A stretch of DNA of 19,693 bases from Paraspadella gotoi (Eukaryota; Animalia; Chaetognatha): contig JBJCIZ010000170.1 of the NCBI GenBank assembly GCA_051294375.1, positions 1-19,693 of the forward strand. Reading direction: 5' to 3'. Position 1 is the first letter of the stretch, and every line of letters starts with the position of its first letter. Both the position numbers and the translations under genes were made by a program. Shown in pieces: positions 11,401 to 19,286 of the stretch. Under the pieces are notes generated by a model. It worked only from the letters and a program-made list of their open reading frames with translations, was not told the DNA's origin and searched no databases.

Positions 11401-14400
11401 TCACCCTCTCCGCAGCGCGTTTAGGCGCGACAAGAACCGTAACTCTAATAGCGCGCAGAGCAGAGGAATCTGGCATCTCCGACAATGCTCGTGGTGCTAT
11501 ATCCACTCATCATTCTGTAACGTAGTCATACAGAGGTGCTACGACGAGACCAGCAAGCCTGCACATCCAGGATCGTGCGGCCACATAAATCACTGCGCGT
11601 CGCCTGATATTTCTCCCACTGCGGCATGGGCACCTCATGTATGGTTGATGGTGCGTCACGTGTTTATATGCTGGAGAATCGCGCAGCCGGTCCATAGTCG
11701 CGCGCGAGTGAGCAGAGCTGATGTGAGGGATGGTCTCTCTCGAGTTGAGCATTGATCATGTATTTTCCACTGATTCGAATTTCGTCTTCGCAGCCCAGAG
11801 CGAGGGGAAAAAAAGGATTTTGTTTGGACCGTTCACCACTCGATGATCTCATGCGTGACCCAAAGGCTCCGATAATTATCTCCTCATCGCTCGGCCTGAT
11901 CGCAATGCCTTGACGTGAGTAAACGAGGCTCACTCGCGTGATCACTCGCCTCGCCATCCCAGTCAGTTGAATTGCAGATCAAGCGCCAGAACGCCGACCA
12001 GCCACGTAGACAAATGGATGCCCTCGATCCATGTCATCAGACTTCTAAGAGCTTATCAACCGAAATAAGAAGTCACCTCAGTGCACTCCGACTTTTCATT
12101 ATCTACGCCGAGCAACATACCTCAATCTGACAGTACCCAATGATCTATGGCAGCGAGTACTGCTGGTACGTCACACACTCCACTTTAAGGTCCCCACTCG
12201 TAGCTAAGTCGCCCACGCCCCAACCGAGACGAGGTAGCATCGGAGACAGTCCCCCCTCGTTCCCCCAGTAAAGTTACTACCGTCGATCTAATCGAAACCT
12301 AAGCGTGACTATACTGTATGACTCCGTGCGAGCCTTATAGTCAGATCGATCTCTGTGCGACTGGCTGCATTTTCAACCTACTCGAATATAAAGACTAGGA
12401 CACAACAAAGCTTGAGAGGGAAATGGATCGAAAGAGTCAAGGGGCAGCGGGAAGGAAACAATAGCAAGAAAATAAAAGAGAGGAAAAGGAGAAGAGTTAA
12501 CAGCGAGGGGAGAAAAGTGGATAGGTAAATGGTAGAGGATGTTACAAGTAAGTAAAGAAAGAAATCGAAAGATGATACAAAAAAAAGAGCGAAAAGAGTT
12601 ATGAAATTCGTCTTTCCACTACTAAGCCGCTCATACAAAGCCACATCTCTATATCTAAGATGCTCCGAAATGCCTCGGTAGTATATTGCATACGAAGTAG
12701 TGACTCTATTGTAAGGATGTGCTGCGCATTTATATATCAAAAGCTCTGCATATAATATACTCTCACTCTACAACGCTCGTCATACGACAGATATGTTCCT
12801 CCAAAAAGTATTTGTTATCTCTCATTGTGGGGCAGTTGAGAAAGGATTTATTTTTATTCCTCTAGACAACACACGCATCGATCTAGCTGACAGACTTCTA
12901 AATGCCTCGTACATCGTCGACTCGTCTCGTAGCGACTCAAAATACGGTATGAGGAATTAAGTTGGACTAAGCAACTTTCAAATAAACAAAATACGTCGAC
13001 GTCGTAAGTAAGCTGCTAGTAAGGCTATGCAATGCAGTACCAGCACCTGACTCACCTCTGGGTATGCATACCGCGCTACGACATCACTTCCTTTGACACG
13101 TCCCACCCTGTGTCCGACCTCCTCTGTTGCCCCTCGACCTTGAAACAATTATAATATAACCACACCACATGAATCTATTCGTACACAAGCAAATCATGTC
13201 TCCAATGCGCCCATTTGATAGAGGTGTAGTTTGCGTCTTTTCATTCGTTGTCGACGTACTTCTCCCCAAAAGGGCTCTCGATGTTCCCCGAAATAAGCTC
13301 CCGCAAACGTATCATTTCCTGCTCGAGCATCTCCCACCTGATCCAGCCCCGCTGAGATCTTCGTCGCTCTCGCTATGCGTGCTGGACAACGCAAGCTTGC
13401 CCCCAGGAGTACTCCCATGGATATAAAACTCGATGACGCTGAGATAATTCTCCCGGCATAAGAGGACCCCGTCTGAGCGCCTTCCGCCGCCGGCGTACCC
13501 GTCTTCCGGCGGGGGCTGATTACTTGGCGCATCCACCTCGTCCTGATCGAGCCGATCACTTCGCGCACGTGCTGCTACTGCCTTTCGTCTTCCACGCGCC
13601 ACCACGATCCCCCGCCCTGCGCGACTTAATCGATCTCCCTTCCTATGCCATATCCACTACTATTCACACTCATGATACTTTCTCTCTGACGAGACTCGTT
13701 CACGATAATCCTGTCGACCTCGTGACGTTCTCCTTCGGTTGCACCGGCGGATCTGTGGTCATGCTAGTGCTCCGTACACTATCCGTCTATCACACCCCGC
13801 CGGCTCCGTTCATTGACGACGGACGTGGAACTATGACCGTCGACCAGCACTGCAAGCTCTCGTCTGGGCGTACTCCGCTGTGAATGTGATGATCTGCCCA
13901 AGCGCAAATCCTCGATAGCTCCTATCTCATAGATTGTCCTGAATCTATACATCCAGGAAAACTTGTTCGGCCTCTATGGACGATTGACTCAGTCGAAACG
14001 ATCTTGGGGCGGCTCGTTGACGAGGCGTTGTGACATCTCGTAACAACTCATTTGGAGGACCGCGCGTTCGACGTAGGTCCGGCTTTTCACTTCTCCGTCG
14101 GCGTCTAACTAACATCTTACATCGTGTGATAACAATACACTTCTAATGTGAGGACTCCTCTAAGCGAATGACTCGACGCTGCCTTCCACGCCGACCATGA
14201 GTAGGCTCGTACAAATGCCCCAGTCACACGGGCTCAGGTCTCCGTCCTCGAGCTACGCGTCAGGATGAGACTGATCAGCGATGAAATGCTCACGTCTCTC
14301 CTGAAGTGCGACTCCACTCTGACTGTCTCCCGGTTTACTACTGCGAGGCTCGACGTTCCTGCCTCTCGCTACTCACCGCCACTGTTCCGCTCGCTCTCCG

Positions 14401-15050
14401 ACGTCGCTGCAGCTCGATGCATACTCGTGTCCTACCGCTCCTCTATACATACACAGTCCTGGTTCTCTGGCCCGCGTGCCGGCTCAACCACCGTACTAAC
14501 GTGCGCGCTCTCGCGATCCCAAGAGCCGAGTGTTGAATCGATTCTCGTCGCTACGCGTGTACGCCGATATCACCTGGAGCCTGCGCGTATAGCACAGTTA
14601 CGTCCAGTGCCGCTTGCTGCAGGTGCGGCTGCGACCGATGAGATCCTGCCTGCGTCCTACATCCGAGATCTGCCCGAACCTACCCCCTCACCTCCCATAC
14701 CGTCCTCCACTGCTCCTCGTACTTCCGCGCTCTCCGTATGCACTCTGCGATATGACACGTAAATCATCCAGTCGCTCGTACACTCTGAGACCTTAATTTC
14801 GTCTCCTCTCGATCGTGTTCTCCTGTACCTGACCATCACACTCCAGCGAGCTGAGAGACAATATATATATCTCATCCGAGAGCCTCTACTCCACCTATGC
14901 TTTACACACACTATATCTCTGTCTTACATATTGAAACTATATGGCGCGTTACTTTATGTTCGCATTTCTCGTTTGTTTACCTCGTCTCGATATGCTAGAC
15001 AGTCTTTTGTCTACTCTTAAATCGATTCCTATTTACCGTGCTAAGATTCT
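8420..15050. other. Probable low-accuracy sequence block (basecall noise or very degraded DNA)
   Basis: Abrupt change of texture right after a (CT)n run: near-even base composition, few of the long A/T homopolymers common elsewhere, many short dinucleotide stutters (CTCTC, ATATA, GCGCG, ACACA) and no protein-like ORFs. Short normal-looking patches occur at about 10085-10170, 11760-12000 and 13090-13560. Confidence 0.7.
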
Positions 15051-15264
15051 ACAGTGTAGTTATTTTCTTATCTCTTAAAGATTAATATTCTTAATGCTAA
15101 TTTATCGACATCTCGTCACATTTGACGTGGCCCTTCCCGGTCTAATTATTTCTATTTTAATTTTCTTTTATTATAGGTTCCTGATCGGAATTACTTCTGC
15201 GCACGACTCGAAAAACAAACAAATTATAAAACACAACAAATGTCGCGAATACTTTTTTAAAGTC

Positions 15265-16518
15265 TTAACTGTGACGTTTACGCGTCGACTCTTTCGCCCA
15301 AGACGGATAATTATCGCGTCGTGGCGGTTCCTGCGGCGGCGGAGGCGGTGGCGGTGACGGAGGCGGTGGCGGCGGCGACGGTATTGGCTGTAACCTTGGC
15401 AAGCGTTGCTTCTTGAAAGGAGGCGCTTTCGGTCTTGGCGGCGATCGCACCAAGTTCTCTTTCCCCGGTGGTGGACGGAATTTGGAAAGACTGTTACTTC
15501 CGGCATCTGGAGAAGGCGTCCGCGGATAAGGACATGACAGACGTTCTACTTTATCCTGTAATTTTCCAAAAGCTTGCGCCCAGTGACGTTCGGTTGTGGC
15601 TCGTCGCTGTTCTGCTTCCTTTCGTTGCATATCTAATTTTAACTCCGCCGCTATCCTCCCTTTTCTCTCCTTCTTTAGTTCTTCCTCCAACTTTTCAATT
15701 CTCCTCTTCATCTCCCCTTTCTCCACCCTCGCTTCTAACAGTTCTCTCTCTTTCTTTTTTAATAAAATGTTTTTCTCGGCGACAGTATGTCCGACTGAAG
15801 GTGTTAAATTCGTTGGAGTGATGATGGATTCTTCAGTCACCTCTGATGTCGTCTCTGCAACTGATGTTGATGGCTGTACTGGCGACTCATCGAGTGCGAC
15901 AATCTTCGGAGAGAAGTCAGACGTGGGCGGCTTTTCTTTCGCCGCTTCGACTGTGGTTGTCGTCTTCATCCTCACGACCGACGCCATCTCCTCCAATATT
16001 TTTCTGTCGATGTCTTTTCGTAGTGCGGCGACCAACGCGTCAAATTCTTCGTCAGACCAACCCCGATTTCTCGCCGCTTTTCTCCACGCCCTCTTGATCC
16101 GATAGACCATGTTCTTTTTGCCCTGTGGAATTTGGAATCCGAGCATAAAGTATTTCTCATCGCCTGATCCGATGATGATCGGGACTGACGAGTCTGTCAT
16201 CGCCCGACGATGTGGCGGCAATTCTCCGCGTTTGAGAAAACGTTCTACCGAATCGTCCGCTTCGACGGACAACTCCTGGAGTGGTGGTGGAACTGCTTCC
16301 GTTTCCGAAGTGGAGCTCGTTGGCATTTGCTCCGCATGTGACGTGATCTCCGATACGGATGTAGTGCTTGTCGTCACGTCGATGTCCAAGACTCCTGGCT
16401 CAAACAGATCTGCCGCTGCCGACACTGCACCGTAGACCGTGTCTCGTTCCTGATCCGTTGGGGACCACCACATAAGTCCTTCCAGAGTTCCGGTATCGCT
16501 GTCGTCAAACAAGTTCAT
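15265..16518 (-). CDS. Hypothetical 417-aa protein (ORF-F): S/T-rich spacers, central globular segment, coiled coil, poly-Pro tail, basic C-terminus
   Basis: Longest ORF in the window, GC-richer than its flanks and intronless; pyrimidine tract + CAG (TTCTTTTTCTCGACCAG, AG at 16566-16565) 46 nt upstream of the ATG. Confidence 0.8.
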   Translation of the reverse strand: MNLFDDSDTGTLEGLMWWSPTDQERDTVYGAVSAAADLFEPGVLDIDVTTSTTSVSEITSHAEQMPTSSTSETEAVPPPLQELSVEADDSVERFLKRGELPPHRRAMTDSSVPIIIGSGDEKYFMLGFQIPQGKKNMVYRIKRAWRKAARNRGWSDEEFDALVAALRKDIDRKILEEMASVVRMKTTTTVEAAKEKPPTSDFSPKIVALDESPVQPSTSVAETTSEVTEESIITPTNLTPSVGHTVAEKNILLKKKERELLEARVEKGEMKRRIEKLEEELKKERKGRIAAELKLDMQRKEAEQRRATTERHWAQAFGKLQDKVERLSCPYPRTPSPDAGSNSLSKFRPPPGKENLVRSPPRPKAPPFKKQRLPRLQPIPSPPPPPPSPPPPPPPQEPPRRDNYPSWAKESTRKRHS

Positions 16519-16685
16519 GATCGTGACGATGTTTTTAGTTCAAAGGCAAGAACTTATATCACTCCTGGTCGAGAAAAAGAACATGAATTTTTAAAGAAAT
16601 TTTTTATGTATTAATACAATGATGATTCAATTGCGTGTTTTTATAATTTGATTTTTTGTATCACAATGTTTGACAATCAATGAGT

Positions 16686-17030
16686 TCATTCATCTTGGAA
16701 TAGAATTCTCAAACTTTCGAGAATCTCCTTTTCCTCTTTTATTTCTCTTCTTTCACGAGCTTCTTCCTCCAGCTGTCTAAAAATATTGTCCCAGTTGTAA
16801 TGACTTAGTCTTTCAATTCTGTTCGCAATCTCCGGATTTCTTTCTGTTTCGTCAACGTAAAATTGAAATCTTTCACCGGTTTCATCTGTTTCTGAACCTG
16901 TTCTTTCAATGTAAATGGTCGGTCTTTCAACTTCGTATGTTCTTTCTACTCTGGGTGGTTCAACGTCTCTGATTTCCTCTTCTTCTTCATCGTCGGGTGT
17001 CATCCTTTCTGGGTCTTGCTTGATGCCCAT
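16686..17030 (-). CDS. Hypothetical 114-aa acidic protein (ORF-E)
   Basis: Intact ORF flanked by AT-rich spacers; E-rich with a helical C-terminus (NWDNIFRQLEEEARERREIKEEKEILESLRILF). Confidence 0.7.
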   Translation of the reverse strand: MGIKQDPERMTPDDEEEEEIRDVEPPRVERTYEVERPTIYIERTGSETDETGERFQFYVDETERNPEIANRIERLSHYNWDNIFRQLEEEARERREIKEEKEILESLRILFQDE

Positions 17031-17133
17031 ATTCGTGTTAAGTTTATGTTTATTATTTCTTTGTAATCAAAAACGTTTTAACCGAAAATTTTAAATCAAA
17101 TTGAAATAACAGATGAGTAATATAAATTGACTT

Positions 17134-17529
17134 TTATTCAGTTTCAAATATTTCTTGTGTGATGTAATCATATTCCATAGTTTCCGTGAACATAACGTGA
17201 TAACCTGGTGGTGTTGACGCACAATCCGCTTCTTCCTCCTCTTCTCTCCTTGGATGAACGTTTTCTTCGTTTGCGTCTTCATTTTCGACTTCTTCCTCTT
17301 CGTCTTCGATCTCGTCTTCTTCCTCTCTCTCATCTCCTTGTCTCGCTGCCGTCAGGAATTCTTGTATTTGCTCTTTGAACATTTCTCCTACGACTTGCAT
17401 CCTGTCCGCGAAATGTTCAACCGTCAAAATGTTTCCTGATCCTGCTCTTCTTTCTCCTATGTCTACGGATCCCGGTCTAGCAGTGATGATTCTTTGTGCT
17501 CGTGTGATTTCGATCACCATTTCCGACAT
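17134..17529 (-). CDS. Hypothetical 131-aa protein with long acidic tract (ORF-D)
   Basis: Intact ORF; TTTCAG at 17550-17545, 15 nt before an A-rich ATG context; the stop overlaps AATAAA (17138-17133). Confidence 0.7.
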   Translation of the reverse strand: MSEMVIEITRAQRIITARPGSVDIGERRAGSGNILTVEHFADRMQVVGEMFKEQIQEFLTAARQGDEREEEDEIEDEEEEVENEDANEENVHPRREEEEEADCASTPPGYHVMFTETMEYDYITQEIFETE

Positions 17530-17640
17530 TTTTTTTCACTGTGACTGAAATCATTAAATTAAATAAACGATAACAATTAATGCATCAATATCGTCTTTAT
17601 TCTGATGACTTTTGTTTTTTCTACAATGTTTCTCATCAAT

Positions 17641-17795
17641 CCGCATTTCTTTGAAATGCTCCTCCTCCTTTTTACCGTTTAATTTTTGAATTTTCCCCCC
17701 TGGAGCCAAGTGTGCCGTAGGAGTCTTGGCGCGGCCGCCTTTGATTAGCGGTTTAGTCGCGCCTCCAGCACAACCCCCCCGAATGCGCCCCCAGT
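17641..17795 (-). other. GC-rich structured element with G-tracts (candidate cis-acting RNA and/or polypurine tract)
   Basis: Complementary pairs visible on the + strand: CTGGAG 17700-05 / CTCCAG 17763-68; CCAAG 17706-10 / CTTGG 17725-29; GGCGCG 17728-33 / CGCGCC 17758-63; CCGC 17735-38 / GCGG 17748-51; hairpin GCATTTC-TTT-GAAATGC 17643-59. Minus strand reads GGGGGGG-T-TGT at 17780-17770. Confidence 0.45.
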
Positions 17796-17829
17796 TTTTA
17801 AAAAAAAAACAAAAAAAAAACAAAAAAAC

Positions 17830-18174
17830 TCAAGTTTAACACATTTCAATGTCTTTATTCCGTCGTCTTTGGTCTCCTTCGAAAAGATTTTTTCATCGTC
17901 TTCGATGACTTTGCTCCATCTTTTCAGGTAATCAACTCTCCACTTGTTTCATCGTATTCTTTGTATAATGGCACGCCGAGTGCTATGTAATCGAATATAT
18001 ATTATCTAACCATTTCTCGTTCCATTCCAGCTTCATCAAGGTGTGCTCAAGATTGTCAGGGATGTCCAGCTTTGCTCGGTCTCGCATCTGTTCTCGAAGT
18101 GTCTTGGCTTTCAATGGATTCGTCGTCTCTGTCTCGGTGAGTTTAAGTTTATTTTCAATTTGTTCGTGAGCCAT
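17830..18174 (-). CDS. Hypothetical protein (ORF-C), probably about 110 aa, broken by two apparent frameshifts
   Basis: ATG at 18174 (MAHEQIENKLKL...), 11 nt after AATTTAG. The ORF track stops at 17983, but protein-like text continues in shifted frames: FDYIALGVPLYKEYDE then KWRVDYLKRWSKVIEDDEKIFSKETKDDGIKTLKC. The 3' end is approximate. Confidence 0.55.
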
Positions 18175-18265
18175 ATTGTTTTGAACTAAATTAATGAACA
18201 CGTTGAAACAATTTAAATTTATTGCATTCGTAAGTAAGGGTTTTTTGTAGTAACGAATAACAATT

Positions 18266-18652
18266 TTACATATTTCTCGTCTTTTCTTTCTGGTGATCTT
18301 GAATCTTTTTAATCATCTCAGTAGTTTCGATGATTTTTTCTCTGTTTCTTTTTTCCATTATCTCGTAATATCTCTTTCTTTCAGGAAATGATAGCTTTGC
18401 CCTTTCAAACATGATTTTGATTCGTTCCATGTTTTCAACTTTTTTGTTTAAATCTCTGATGACTTTGTCTGGACATTCTTTTGCCTCTATTTCTGCTTTT
18501 ATCTTTTCTTCTTCCTTCTTTGTCTCCTTCTCCAGTAACACCATATCCAGCACTTTGCACTCTCTGCTTTCTCCTGGTTCCTCCTTTTCAATTTGTTCCC
18601 ATTTTCTTTCGATCTCGTCCCACTTTTTGGCGATGGCTCCAAATTTTTCCAT
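18266..18652 (-). CDS. Hypothetical 128-aa K/E-rich, probably coiled-coil protein (ORF-B)
   Basis: Intact ORF with amphipathic helical periodicity (IAKKWDEIERKWEQIEKE; IRDLNKKVENMERIKIMFE); TTTCAG at 18662-18657 lies 4 nt before the ATG. Confidence 0.7.
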   Translation of the reverse strand: MEKFGAIAKKWDEIERKWEQIEKEEPGESRECKVLDMVLLEKETKKEEEKIKAEIEAKECPDKVIRDLNKKVENMERIKIMFERAKLSFPERKRYYEIMEKRNREKIIETTEMIKKIQDHQKEKTRNM

Positions 18653-18728
18653 TTCTCTGAAATCTAACGAATCAAATCAACGATTAACGAAATTTAACAA
18701 CTTAATTGTTCGTAAGCTACACTTCCTC

Positions 18729-19148
18729 TCATTTTTCCTTTTCGTTTTTTACTAATTTGTCATCATCCTTTTCCTCATCCGTTTTCAGTTCGTTCTCGAC
18801 TATGACGTCGTATTGCTCGTCGTCATCGTTGTCGTCATTTTCTACCACTTTTTTGAGTTCCATCTCTTCCTCTGGCACTCTGAAACATTCTTCGTAGATC
18901 TGCTCGAAGTCCTCCTTCTTTTCTGTCACTGTCGGCTGTAAATAAATCGTTTTATATTCCTTGACTAGTTTTTTCATTTCCTCACGTCTTCGATTTGTCG
19001 CTTTTAGAGTCAGGCTCATTTCTTTTTCAGGTTCGTACTCCCACGATTTGATATTCTCGATCTCCTCTTTCAAATCTTCCATCCATATATTTAAAGATTT
19101 TTCAAAGTTTTCATGGAACCGGTACTTTACTTTATCGCGAATATTCAT
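18729..19148 (-). CDS. Hypothetical 139-aa charged protein (cassette ORF-A), helical N-half, acidic D/E-rich tail
   Basis: ATG-to-stop ORF with protein-like K/E-rich composition, AAAA before the ATG, TTTAG at 19176-19172; starts 138 bp after the pol stop. Confidence 0.7.
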   Translation of the reverse strand: MNIRDKVKYRFHENFEKSLNIWMEDLKEEIENIKSWEYEPEKEMSLTLKATNRRREEMKKLVKEYKTIYLQPTVTEKKEDFEQIYEECFRVPEEEMELKKVVENDDNDDDEQYDVIVENELKTDEEKDDDKLVKNEKEK

Positions 19149-19286
19149 TTTTCCTTTTATTTATCGCTAATCTAAATTTATTTTCACAATTCGAGTTCTT
19201 ATTTACATTTTTATTTCGCAATTTTTTCATTGAAGGCGCTATACTTATTTTTCTCAGATTCTCCGACGTGACTTTGATACGAGTTC

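Noticed and set aside
8567-12740. Numerous 60-160 aa ORFs on both strands
   Set aside because: Random-looking translations inside the presumed low-accuracy block.
13100-16900. Possibility that the noisy block is a fold-back copy of ORF-F around a pivot near 15025
   Set aside because: Only scattered short word matches with inconsistent spacing, and the strand skew is the same rather than reversed.
17554-17823. 89-aa minus-strand ORF across the GC-rich element
   Set aside because: Starts at a non-ATG codon inside a poly-T run and crosses the structured/G-tract region; more likely non-coding.
15265-19148. env glycoprotein gene downstream of pol
   Set aside because: No ORF shows a signal peptide, transmembrane helix or cysteine-rich ectodomain; an env hidden in the noisy block cannot be excluded.
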